Assembly: GCA_965198175.1 (NCBI GenBank)
Contig: OZ240245.1
Location: 128,001 to 192,000 of the forward strand
Direction: 5' to 3'
From: Candidatus Poribacteria bacterium
GTDB taxonomy: Bacteria; Poribacteria; WGA-4E; PCPOR2b
DNA: 64,000 nucleotides
A program made the position numbers and the translations under genes. Below, in pieces: positions 22,001-31,016 of the stretch (within the stretch, counting starts at the first letter, position 1; every line of letters begins with the position of its first letter). The notes below the pieces were generated by a model, which saw only the letters and a list, made by a program, of their open reading frames with translations, did no database searches and had not been told where the DNA came from.

Positions 22001-22289
22001 GTTGCCCGGTCCATCCAACAATCAGTTCGCCGGATTGATCGAACAACTTCTGTTCACGGTAATTATAGACTTCCGACCCTTCGAGCAATTCCTTACCGAA
22101 GAGATCGTAGAAGAATTGAGGTTCTTCCTCGAGTTGAAATCGGTCAGAAAACTTGGATTGTCCTTCAATGGAAGGAAGCAGAGGCTCTTGTGGCCCCAGC
22201 GATTTTGCCCCACAACCATAAAACACTAAACAGCTGAACAATCCAACGGCAACAAACAACCAATCAAGCGAGGGTTTTAGTGTCTTCAT
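19002..22289 (-). CDS. Large (1095 aa) lipoprotein / probable outer-membrane beta-barrel protein with acidic Ca-binding-like loops
   Basis: AAGGAGG RBS, lipobox-like 'VFYGC', amphipathic beta-strands, C-terminal Phe ('FIRAMMGF'). Repeats 'DDDDDDWPDDIDFDG', 'DRDQNGILD' and 'DLNNNGVID'. Confidence 0.65.
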   Translation of the reverse strand: MKTLKPSLDWLFVAVGLFSCLVFYGCGAKSLGPQEPLLPSIEGQSKFSDRFQLEEEPQFFYDLFGKELLEGSEVYNYREQKLFDQSGELIVGWTGQLDSERFSAQLDRTVLTEDTFRGRHAECAIGDNMRIKPSTLFPNRYIMYKTEFDGFRMDISFAHERHLFTLLNSRISNPSQLSDAVPTLAGTFGRRNGFSDDAGVRHIENARLIGFRAQGLLGDVFRAGFTYINLNKEHPERVESSMLGTVANTPPDRIVVVFRDDSPEDNHPLAFDNLPEENAQGGVGAAVKVITVTVVTQGLEELTVDEREAGEVARQLPEEQRKFTVFSDAIVPVGASTVHETGEWKIVEGFNAMQYELNLEALDDPINSRQVKSVAFEMIVAGDYNISVVGFSGANVGDVSSAWIKTSDGHIEMPFRDVIQAPGNYGQSSEYTDNRASLFRNPSGWKGEGRPRKVSYRYGAARAAVLYGVDLEGTLFNTLIRAHYSVNSKYKQYPTIPKDKVSFSQINPDITDPANIAIDPSTGLVINTDTSLPTFSETEGERFEARLGGDGTDENGSGELGREVAWFINLKQRFGKLFLEETFYHIDPGYTTTYHNWGANTDRDQTYSLERTPESAAEVSPYDEINYILVEDDDDDDDWPDDIDFDGVLPQADDRDQNGILDYQEDFLIFEADPPIFQDLVDLNNNGVIDSLEDDFEPQYEYGIDREGFHVAASYDLLDNLTLKVGWLNESEISSRRQNNSKYMHLTYQRDIPDFGTLLFQNRFVRVRDDIPEYSITLRPGELEPLQESDELDFFNARVNLSTLQFIYTAIPNLTVETKFLVQLQKQFEPDIEDAIALDIPFNEDDEESDVNTEIDERVDLMIPIDQVRVAGDRREFPFYPDHGLNPLHPDEAQQSGLIYDPEQWKPRRYAERSIRNQVTVIKFRYEIPLGDLPGIDKIGEDLTLTPMTKYIWTKAFDRKGGEIGDVLNPRLFVPTDLPPIEYLRFNRRSREDVLGVRLDYQFSQRVNILAGFQYRKFTNRDDNFKSFLTNFPVDEPVPILFRPDIRTRIFEIQMIKRGEWLGFNIVILSGFRRTRIIFERTTTNTTFIRAMMGF

Positions 22290-23590
22290 TAAACATGCCT
22301 CCTTGAGCAAATAAAATTGTGTATTGGTCAATCGGACGTATTGACGTTTTTGCCCGCTAAATCTGCGGCAGAACGTCCTCCATCGTCTTGACCATTGACA
22401 AATAGCTTCATCACAATGCAAGCAAGAAATTATAGAGTTCGTTTGAACATAGACTCATCTCTCACGTTATTCTCTTGTATTTTCTTGACATAAACACAAC
22501 ATCACTTTATCACATTGAAAAGACCAACACAAGAATAAATAACCACAAAATTTGGTTGTCGTTTTGATGCGAAAGATAAGCATTTAATCATAGTCCTTGA
22601 ACACTATATTGGGACTACGTTGTTGAAAGATGACCGGAAACAAACCACTTATCGCGATTAAATCCTTTGTCATCAACAGTCTACAATGCCGTCACGCAGG
22701 GTTTTATGACCTCCTTTCATCGTCTGGGCATTACATAACCTACCTCGAGTTGCTTCCTAATTGCTATGGGTTCTCCCTTATACCGGATTGAATGATGTTT
22801 ATCAAATACTTCAAAATCTTGGGAGAAGGCTGCGTGTGCCTCAATCAACAGAGACTTTTGCGCAGGGTACCAATTGATGTCTGTGACAATCGTTATTGAG
22901 TCCGTCTAAACATCTGGATAGCCGGGGCTATAGAGACAAGGTGTACAATAATAATGAGATGGAAGATATTGGTGCTGTGGTCAAAGTGAAGTTGAAGCCG
23001 ATACGGAAAAAGAATTCAAAGCGGACATTCCACCATGAAAGACCTATCAATTCAGTTGCCATCACCGCGGTCTGTTGGGACAGATCCGAATTCAATTGAA
23101 TCATCGATCCGAAATTCCATCCATGCCGTGACGCAAAGGGATTCAAATTACAAGTGGTCTTGGTTGTATTGGCTAGCAGCATCAACCAACTCTGAGTTCA
23201 CTAACAGATTCGATGAATCGGTTGTAATTTGGGTCACACACTTCTGTGAAGATGCTTTGATTATTGTCCAAAATAAAGGTAACCTTTAAGATAACACTTC
23301 TACAATTTTCTGTCAAGACTTTTTTGCACACTTTTACCTGACCCGAGTTGCTACCTATCGAAAATTGGGGTATTTTGCATGTTTTGTTGATATGCTGCTA
23401 ATGTCACCAGTCGGTATATGGTATGTAACTTTACTCCAAAGAGTTGATTTGTACACCCGGTAACAGCTTGAGTTCTTGATAACAAAAATTCTTCAAAGCT
23501 GCTCATTCTCCACGGATGCTTGAAGTGCAAACCGATTCCTTTCAAGGACGATTGCTGTTCGCGCGGCAGAGAATTTCGTCGCGTTTCTGG

Positions 23591-25675
23591 CTAGGTTGCT
23601 ATAAACCCCAATAAATGAATTTGGGCATGCATAATCCGATCCTGAGATGCCCGAAGCGTTTCTCGGTGGGTTTGGTCGAGGTCAACTATCAGTACAATAG
23701 CATCGGAATGAACACCCAAGATAAGGCTATCTGCTGTTGGCAAAATCGGCGGGGCATCAAGCAAGATGAGTTCGTAGCGTTCACGAAGTTGTTGAAAGAA
23801 AACGTTTAAACGAGGCATCCGCAGGAAATCAGTGGGATTTGAGGATAATGTTCTCGCGCTCATCAGGTCGAGATTTGCAATATGTGTGCGTTGAATCGCC
23901 TGGTTCCAATCTATTTCTTCGTCTGTAAGCGAGTTTGTCTGACCGGCATCCGATGGAATATTGAAAATTTGATGTTGTGCAGGCTGGGACAAGTTACAAT
24001 CTACAATCAGAACAGAGCTTTTCGCTGATGCCATTGCCGCTCCTAAGTTTGCTGACACAGTAGAAACCTCCTCGCTAGGATCACAGCTTGCCAGCATGAG
24101 AATCTGTTTATCAATTTCAGGATTGGAGAGATTTATATTTGCAGCAACGGTTCGATAGGATTCAGAAATAAACTGTGAAAAGAGATTCTGTTCCCGGGGT
24201 TCAACAGCCCCCAAGTAAAACAGACCGAGATCGGACTGAACTTCTTCAGGGTATCTGTAGGTGTCGCCGAAATATTCCATCAGCAAAGTAATAGAAATGC
24301 CAACAGCGCAGCCAATTCCGCCTGCAATGATGACAATAAAACCGATGCGAGGGCGAACCGGAATTTTTCGAGGAACTGCTGCATCAACTACCTCAATTCC
24401 TCCCTTAACATGTGGGAGACTCGATTCTCCGTCCCGGTAATCTGATTCGGCTTCGGCAACTAGAATTTCTGCCTCAAGGTACTGTTTGGAAATCTCCTTC
24501 TTCAATTCATAAAGCGTATTAATCTCGGTTTTTATTTTTGAAAGATTAAATTCATTTTCAGGAATTTCGTCTATTAGTGGTTTCAACTCATGATTTACCT
24601 TATCTAATTGCAACTTAATCTGCTTCAGATTATGGTCTGCTTGACGGAGACTCGCCTGAAAATTCATTATCTGATTTCGTAAGCTGATATACTGAGGTAA
24701 TTCTCCATAGGTTTCAGATGTTGTGTTTAGGTCTGTTTCAAAGTTGTTTAATTTATTCTGGAGATTCCGAATTTCTGCATCAGTTGCTCGCAAATCAGAA
24801 GATTTTTCGCCAACCTGTTCCCGGCGCCCAACCTGATATAGTTCTAGAGACATTAATCTTTCATGATAACTTCGCCAGATTGGATCGTTCCTAATAATTT
24901 CTGAAATTCTGATATCTTCAGGATAATCCGTAATTTCTTTTTCAAGACGATTAAATTCTAACTTTGTAACGCTTCTCGTTCGTTCAATTTGATCTGCTTG
25001 ATCAAGCAACCTGACCTGCCGATCAAGCAGACTTGAAAGTTGCGCGTACCACGTTGCTGGATTTCCTATTTTGTTGATAAATTGAATTGCCACAACTTCT
25101 TTGTCCTTGATTTGTTCAGAAAGATCGGCAATCTCATCCTTTAGAAGCGTCCGTCGGTGTCTGGCTTTGCTTGTTTCCTCACCACTGCGCAAGGACTGAT
25201 ACTCACGAATCAACTGGTTTGCTAAGAGCGCGGCGTTACGTTCGCCGCCCTCTTCTTCCGTTAGTTCCAGCGAAAGCTCAATGTAATGTGTATCTGGACG
25301 TTTTTTCGCTTTCAAATTCCGTTGCAACTGCCCGATTGGAGGGAGATAGTCCGTCCCTTCGATGCCCACAGCCTCTAGGCTTTGGATAGCCGATGATAAC
25401 ATTGATTCCGTAGCAAAACGCTGACCGATTGTCTCCATTTCACTGTGGTCAACGCCGCCGGGCAGAACACTTTGAAAAAGACCCGTGGAGGGTATGGGCG
25501 AGCTAGATGTTGGTTGGATAAGCAATATCAGGGCAGAAGCTGAATAGGTTCTTGGTAACCACAAACTAACGACAAGCGCAGTTCCTAGAATGAGCAAAAC
25601 ACTCAAGCATATTATAAAATCATGCTTTCGTAAAATTGCGAGATAATCACGTAAATGTACCTCTTTCTGAGGCAT
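23591..25675 (-). CDS. Wzc/GumC-like polysaccharide co-polymerase with a degenerate BY-kinase domain
   Basis: 'EVHLRDYLAILRK', coiled coil, 'VVDAAVP..PVRP', second TM, 'SESYRTVAANI', 'VLIVDCNL..P..H', 'ILLDAPPILPTAD'. Walker A reads 'SCDPSEEVST'. No Tyr-rich tail. Confidence 0.85.
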   Translation of the reverse strand: MPQKEVHLRDYLAILRKHDFIICLSVLLILGTALVVSLWLPRTYSASALILLIQPTSSSPIPSTGLFQSVLPGGVDHSEMETIGQRFATESMLSSAIQSLEAVGIEGTDYLPPIGQLQRNLKAKKRPDTHYIELSLELTEEEGGERNAALLANQLIREYQSLRSGEETSKARHRRTLLKDEIADLSEQIKDKEVVAIQFINKIGNPATWYAQLSSLLDRQVRLLDQADQIERTRSVTKLEFNRLEKEITDYPEDIRISEIIRNDPIWRSYHERLMSLELYQVGRREQVGEKSSDLRATDAEIRNLQNKLNNFETDLNTTSETYGELPQYISLRNQIMNFQASLRQADHNLKQIKLQLDKVNHELKPLIDEIPENEFNLSKIKTEINTLYELKKEISKQYLEAEILVAEAESDYRDGESSLPHVKGGIEVVDAAVPRKIPVRPRIGFIVIIAGGIGCAVGISITLLMEYFGDTYRYPEEVQSDLGLFYLGAVEPREQNLFSQFISESYRTVAANINLSNPEIDKQILMLASCDPSEEVSTVSANLGAAMASAKSSVLIVDCNLSQPAQHQIFNIPSDAGQTNSLTDEEIDWNQAIQRTHIANLDLMSARTLSSNPTDFLRMPRLNVFFQQLRERYELILLDAPPILPTADSLILGVHSDAIVLIVDLDQTHRETLRASQDRIMHAQIHLLGFIAT

Positions 25676-26263
25676 TGAAAGCGCACTTTCTTATTCTCAG
25701 ATGTAACTAATTTTCAATTTAGAGGCTTAGTATTCTCTGTGTGGTAGATGACTTTGTGAAGATAAAGCGCGCCACACTGAACACTAACGATTGACGTTTC
25801 CAAATTAAACGCTTGAAGGTTAGTTAAACCTTTCAAGGAAACGCTACCCTTTATGAACAAACACAGAGAACAAACACAGAAATTGCTGTCTTCAACCACC
25901 ATCAACAATACCGACAGAAATGACCTTTTTACACCGGTATTTTCTATTCGTGATTAAATCTTAAAGGTTAGGTTGTGTTGACATTCCAACGGAGCTGGAT
26001 AAGGTTGATTTGCAACACAAAGAATCGGGTGACTGAGAAGAAACGGTGAAGTTATTTTCCATTGTTCATCGGGTAAGCTTATAGATAATACTGCAATTCT
26101 AACACGAACCCCGCTTGAATGTCAACGGAACCTAAACCGTTTCGCTACAAATATGTTGGGTCTTGAATCCAGGCTGCGTTGCCGGGCCGAGAATCTCTTT
26201 CATGATTGCCGAACGAGTGTTAACCTCGTTAAACACCAAACCGTGCATACAATTTTTTTCTTC

Positions 26264-26950
26264 CTACTCCTTGAAGCGGTAGCCGATGCCGCGTACCGTC
26301 TCAATCAGCCCTCCAAATCGTCCTAGTTTACGCCGCAGGCGACTTATGTGAGTATCCACAGTACGATCAATGCTGCAATACTCCTCTTTCCAAACCGCAT
26401 CCATCAAAATGTTGCGCGTGAAAACCCGTCCAGTACAACGCGCGAATAAGCTAAGCAGCTTAAATTCTGTAGCAGTCAGTAAAATCGCCCCGTCCTCGCC
26501 GAATACCTGATGTTTGTCCAGGTCAATCTTCAAGCCGTGGATCTCAACTATTTCTGAGGGTTTAGAAGGTTTTGTGTCTGCAGGGCGACGTAGTACTGCC
26601 CGGGCTCTCAATACGACCTACCGTGAGCTAAAAGGCTTCGAAATATAATCATCAACTCCCAATTCGAACCCAACAATCCGATCGATTTCTTCCCCTTTTG
26701 CTGTCAATATGATAACTGGAATATCTGCGGTTGATGCATCCTGTTTTAACAATCGGCAGATTTCTAATCCATCGACTTCGGGAGGCAATAGATCCAATAG
26801 GATCAGGTCGGGAGGATTGGCTTTAATTTGGTTAAGGGCAGTCCTACCGTTGGAAACTGCTTCCGTCTCAAACCCGGCTTGATTCAGGTGGTACGCTAAC
26901 AGCTCAACAATATCGGGTTCGTCTTCGACAATAAGGATTTTCGATACCAT
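26264..26950 (-). pseudogene. phoB: PhoB/OmpR-family response regulator interrupted by an in-frame TAG at 26618-26620
   Basis: Receiver (26618-26950) and wHTH (26264-26611) ORFs are in the same frame: KPFSSR*VVLRARAVLRR versus consensus KPFSPRELV. C-terminus 'RTVDTHISRLRRKLG...IETVRGIGYRF'. Confidence 0.85.
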
Positions 26951-27025
26951 GTTAATCTTTCGCTAAGCAGGTTGTGCAACGCCTAAGGTCCTATAGCGGA
27001 TTATCGGCGCAACTGTGGAAGACAT

Positions 27026-27058
27026 ATTATAGCCAAGAAATGTTACGAAATTGTGACA
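27026..27058 (-). promoter_or_regulatory. Pho-box-like direct repeat plus -10 element upstream of the phoB-like gene
   Basis: Minus strand reads TGTCACAATTTCGTAACA-tttcttggc-TATAAT: GTCAC/GTAAC half-sites 11 bp apart in place of the -35. Confidence 0.7.
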
Positions 27059-27089
27059 TTCTTTTGGCTTTTTGTTGAATGCTGTATTA

Positions 27090-27907
27090 GGTTCTGTTGA
27101 CATTTCAACGGAGCCAGATAAGCGTGGAGACAAAACTTAGAAATCCGAAATAGCGGACAGCCAGCTTCTCGAAACGAGAGAAGATACGACGATACCATTT
27201 TATCTTGTTGATAAAACATTCAACCAGGTGTCTCTCTTTGTATAAATGTTTGTCATATGTTCTTTGAGCGCCACGATTACGTCGAGGCGGTATCACCGCC
27301 GTCGCTCCATTCGCTTCAATAACGTCGATAAAACTGTCCGAATCGTATCCCTTGTCTCCAATTACATGCTCGCTGTTATAGCCAACTATCAACGCTTCGG
27401 CTTCAGCTATGTCGTGTCTCTGACCGGGAGTTAGCTGGAGTCTAAGCGGATTACCTAGTGCGTCAACTGTGATATGAATTTTTGTGCTAAAGCCGCCCCG
27501 AGAGCGTCCTAGCGCTTGGTTTTCAGCACCTCCGTTTTTTTTGAGGCTCCAGCCGCGCATGGGTGAGCCCGGCAAATGGTAGTATCAATAATAAGCCACT
27601 CCATATCTGGGTCGGCGGTAAAGTAGCAGTGCATCTGTGAGAAGATTCCTTTGTCACACCAGTTACTAAACCGCTTGTAAATGGAGTTCCAATTTCCATA
27701 GGCAGTTGGCAAGAGTCGCCATTGAGCACCGCTACGAGTCACCCACAGAAGGGCTTCGACGAATCGTCGAGTAGCAGTTTCGTTGCGGACATAGATGTTG
27801 GAACAGCTTAGAAGAAACGGGTATATCTTTCTCCATTGGTCGTCAGGTAAAGTTATGGGCATCATTCTTCTATTATGCCAACCTTATAACCAAATGTCAA
27901 CAGAACC
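27090..27907 (-). mobile_element. IS5-family insertion sequence (IS427-like group), 818 bp
   Basis: Perfect 16-bp terminal inverted repeats GGTTCTGTTGACATTT (27090-27105) and AAATGTCAACAGAACC (27892-27907). TA on both flanks. Confidence 0.93.
27105..27865 (-). CDS. IS5-family transposase, two ORFs joined by a -1 frameshift
   Basis: OrfA 'LPDDQWRKI...RSGAQWRLLP..YGNWNSIYKRF..W...IDTTICRAHPCAAGA'. OrfB 'ALGRSRGGFSTKIH...GDKGYDS...YKERHLVECFINKIKWYRRI'. A8 slippery run at 27535-27542. Confidence 0.92.
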
Positions 27908-28467
27908 TAGTTATTAGCTTCTGCAATCTCTTCTTTGCTAAACGCTTCATCATGCCATTCTTGAATCCGCCACTCTCGACTCCTTGACTCAAAGATAAAC
28001 CGGTTATCTCCTTCGGCAAACCAACCTGTATATCCCCCTTCTAGGGACTCACCACTGGCAATAAACCCTTGGATCCTATAGTGATTTTTGACTTCCGCCC
28101 TGGTGTGTGCCTCATCCAAATAGTCAATTTCCGGGGGTTCAGAAATCTCAATTTCGATATCCTGGTACAGCCTAAAGACACGAATTGCAGACTCTCTTTC
28201 CTGATCCCAATTATCGAATATGAGATCGTCGGTTGTGTCGTCATCTGTTCCCATATCCGATACATAAAGGAATTTGTCCTTCCAATACACGTTCATATAC
28301 AGTTCGACATCTTCGTTCTCATAACCCTCTCGCCACTGTTTCAAAACTTTATTAATCGCAGCATATTCCTCGGGCTGGACTCGACCGATTTCTTCAACAT
28401 CTCCACAACTAAAAAGAAACGTAAAAACAACTAATAAGCAGCCTACTTTGGCAAAGCCCCTTAACAT
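27907..28467 (-). CDS. Lipoprotein with an NTF2/SnoaL-like domain
   Basis: GGAGG RBS, lipobox 'FLFSC', 'INKVLKQWREGYENEDVELYMNVY...EWRIQEWHD'. Confidence 0.7.
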   Translation of the reverse strand: MLRGFAKVGCLLVVFTFLFSCGDVEEIGRVQPEEYAAINKVLKQWREGYENEDVELYMNVYWKDKFLYVSDMGTDDDTTDDLIFDNWDQERESAIRVFRLYQDIEIEISEPPEIDYLDEAHTRAEVKNHYRIQGFIASGESLEGGYTGWFAEGDNRFIFESRSREWRIQEWHDEAFSKEEIAEANN

Positions 28468-28511
28468 GACTGTGTATACCTCCATAAAGTTAGGACGAGC
28501 TTACTTGCTCT

Positions 28512-29072
28512 TCAGAAAGATTTGACAATACCTACACGAAGTTGGGTTGGTGTAACCTCGAATTGCACTCCTAACTCTTCAATCTGTTTGACGTCATCAA
28601 TAAGCGAATTCGCTTTTGTTTTTGCATTGTATAGGTTGGCGCCAACATAGGAATCGATGATGCTGTACGCCCATACGCCCGCTGCTGCAATTAGGAAAAA
28701 CTGTCGTAGCTTAAAGCGCTGATTTGCCCGGTTATAGTGGGAAAGAGCCTCTGGAGAATCTCTCTTTATCTTGGCAGCTGGCTCATACTCATTATCATAG
28801 ATGTCCCGAAAGGATTTGTGAGCCATCAGACTACCAATAAGAAGCCCGCTCGTCCCGACAAAAGACGCACCGCTTTGTAAGTAGCCCTGTGTGTAGAACT
28901 GCCCCCAGCCCGGTAGAACGATAGAACGGGCGACCGCCGCAATTGGTGAGACAAGATGTAAATCCGCTTCTTCTGATTCCGCGAAGCTTGCTTGCCCTCC
29001 CCAAATCAAGGCAAAAACGCAAACTAGAAGTTGAATCAAAAGCAAATTTACTTTAATAGATTGCCACTTCAT
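28512..29072 (-). CDS. DUF5683-like membrane protein
   Basis: 'SPIAAVARSIVLPGWGQFY', 'VWAYSIIDSYVGA'. Confidence 0.75.
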   Translation of the reverse strand: MKWQSIKVNLLLIQLLVCVFALIWGGQASFAESEEADLHLVSPIAAVARSIVLPGWGQFYTQGYLQSGASFVGTSGLLIGSLMAHKSFRDIYDNEYEPAAKIKRDSPEALSHYNRANQRFKLRQFFLIAAAGVWAYSIIDSYVGANLYNAKTKANSLIDDVKQIEELGVQFEVTPTQLRVGIVKSF

Positions 29073-29241
29073 AGCTTTTCCGATCTAAGGCATTTCGTGA
29101 AAAATTCACAAAGTGACTCAAATTTTGAAAGCAGCGATAATAATAGCAATATTCGATACGCTTGTCAACGAAAAAGTTATCCCAAAGAAAAAGCAGCCAG
29201 GGGACAATCCACCTTGGCTGCTTATTCGTGGCATGTTGTAG

Positions 29242-30750
29242 TTATTTTCTTCGACTATTCCGTTTTGTTCTCGACGTATTTCGACTTCGCTCGCTCTGAC
29301 GGGTATTCTGCCCGTCATCGTCGTCATTGCTTCTGCTTGTTGTACGTGAAGGCGATTGTCGAGTGGTTGATGTCCGAGAACGTGAGGTTGAGGAAGGGAT
29401 AGGTTTTGCGCGTGACGTCGTCCTGGATGGGGAGGATCTATACCGTGAAGCAGGAGTCCTCGACGAACTTCGCGAAATCCGAGAACGAGTATTAAGGCGT
29501 TTCCGGCGTTCATTGTTTGATCGCCTGATATCTTGCTGACTCTGGTATTGTTGATTAGATCGGCGGTAACGTTGCTTAGATGAAACCCGAGATGGTGGCA
29601 AGTATTGGCTCCGGCGCCTTGTCGTAGGATTAAATTCTGTATTCGTTTCAAAAGATCGGCGTTTGCCCGTAGCTATTGAACGCTGGGCAGGACCCGCCGG
29701 AATAGATTCTTGATGGTGTTTTGCTATAACGGCTCGCACACGCTTCTGCACATCCGAGTTTCGCCTGCCTCTGACAGTCCTTGACAAACGGCTCCTATTA
29801 TATTGGTGCCGAACAGTTTCGTGCTCTTCGCTCCATCGGTTGAACCTTCGCTGATGCGTTTTGACACGATTATTGTTGTGTACGTGTGCATTTACACGAT
29901 TGGAATAGGAACGATAATAATAACGTGGGTAATGGGTGTAATAACGGTGGAGATAGTTGCCGAAGTCGTATCGAATAGAGAGATAACGGCGATCGTAAAT
30001 CGGATAACTCCATCGAATATAGTAATCCAGGTCCGTACAGTAGTAGAAAGGTCCGTCGTAAAAGTAGTGGTAGGCGTATCTATGCCACGGCTTCCAGTAA
30101 TACCTACCAGCGTAGCGATGCACAACACGAAAATCCGGCTGCCGTTGATAAGTCAAAAGGTCGATACGTTCCACATCGAGTTGTTCTCCATTTTCAACAA
30201 CGATGTGCATTTCCAGAAACCCATCATCAACGTGACCGGCAGCAGCAATTTTAATCGTTTCTGATCGCCGTTTGGCACGTAAGAAAAACGTGTCGCCATA
30301 TCTCGTCTCATCTGCATGTTTATCGTCATATTGGCGTCGGGCGTATTCTCGTTTGGTGTTGCGAACCCAAACGCGCCCCACAACATCTTCTTGACCCTCA
30401 AGTTCAGCGTCGTGGGGTTCACCTCGGTAGCGAATTATGAACTCAATATGTTGCGCTTGTCTCGGAATTTCAAAGAAATAGACCGCACTCGCTATGGCAA
30501 ATTCGTGGTCTTCCTCTTCTTGATTGTGCGCGTCGGCCCAGGCAGTCAAACGGATGCCATCTTCGAAACGTGGGCTCGCAGTCACAGTTGCGTTTCCGCG
30601 TTCGATCCAGTCATCAGCATCGCCAGCTTCTCGAGGATCTCGACTCAGAAAATCTGAGAAATAGTCGTATTCATGGTTTGCTTGGGCAAGTATTGTGGAC
30701 AATATCCCTATAATAATGAGCGGTATAGAGATGTTGATTCGGGATTTCAT
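29242..30750 (-). CDS. Secreted protein with a Tyr/His-rich middle and an Arg/Ser-rich low-complexity tail
   Basis: GGAGG RBS, signal peptide MKSRINISIPLIIIGILSTILAQA, strong compositional bias. Confidence 0.7.
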   Translation of the reverse strand: MKSRINISIPLIIIGILSTILAQANHEYDYFSDFLSRDPREAGDADDWIERGNATVTASPRFEDGIRLTAWADAHNQEEEDHEFAIASAVYFFEIPRQAQHIEFIIRYRGEPHDAELEGQEDVVGRVWVRNTKREYARRQYDDKHADETRYGDTFFLRAKRRSETIKIAAAGHVDDGFLEMHIVVENGEQLDVERIDLLTYQRQPDFRVVHRYAGRYYWKPWHRYAYHYFYDGPFYYCTDLDYYIRWSYPIYDRRYLSIRYDFGNYLHRYYTHYPRYYYRSYSNRVNAHVHNNNRVKTHQRRFNRWSEEHETVRHQYNRSRLSRTVRGRRNSDVQKRVRAVIAKHHQESIPAGPAQRSIATGKRRSFETNTEFNPTTRRRSQYLPPSRVSSKQRYRRSNQQYQSQQDIRRSNNERRKRLNTRSRISRSSSRTPASRYRSSPSRTTSRAKPIPSSTSRSRTSTTRQSPSRTTSRSNDDDDGQNTRQSERSRNTSRTKRNSRRK

Positions 30751-31016
30751 GACAAACCCTCCGTAAATTTGTTCCAAACTGAGTTGTATAACAGCATGCC
30801 ACCCCCTATTATATCGGGTACATCCTCACGCGGCATGGAAAAATATTGCTCAATCACTCGTCATGTGCTTACCGATAGCAAGATACATGCCACGATTAAT
30901 CCGCTTCTCGAAATCAAGACTGAACCGAAGTTCAAATTAGTGACCCGATTGAAGTGTGGCAACAGTGATACAATCTGTGGCGAAAGTAATACCCGCTTCC
31001 AGCGGAAGTCTTAAGA

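Noticed and set aside
26618..26620. Programmed amber readthrough (pyrrolysine or recoding) in phoB
   Set aside because: No pyl genes are present, many genes here end in TAG, and the position is a conserved Glu one base away from TAG.
29118..29651. 177-aa alternative-frame ORF
   Set aside because: Overlaps the low-complexity tail of the 29242-30750 gene on the same strand, with no RBS or motifs.
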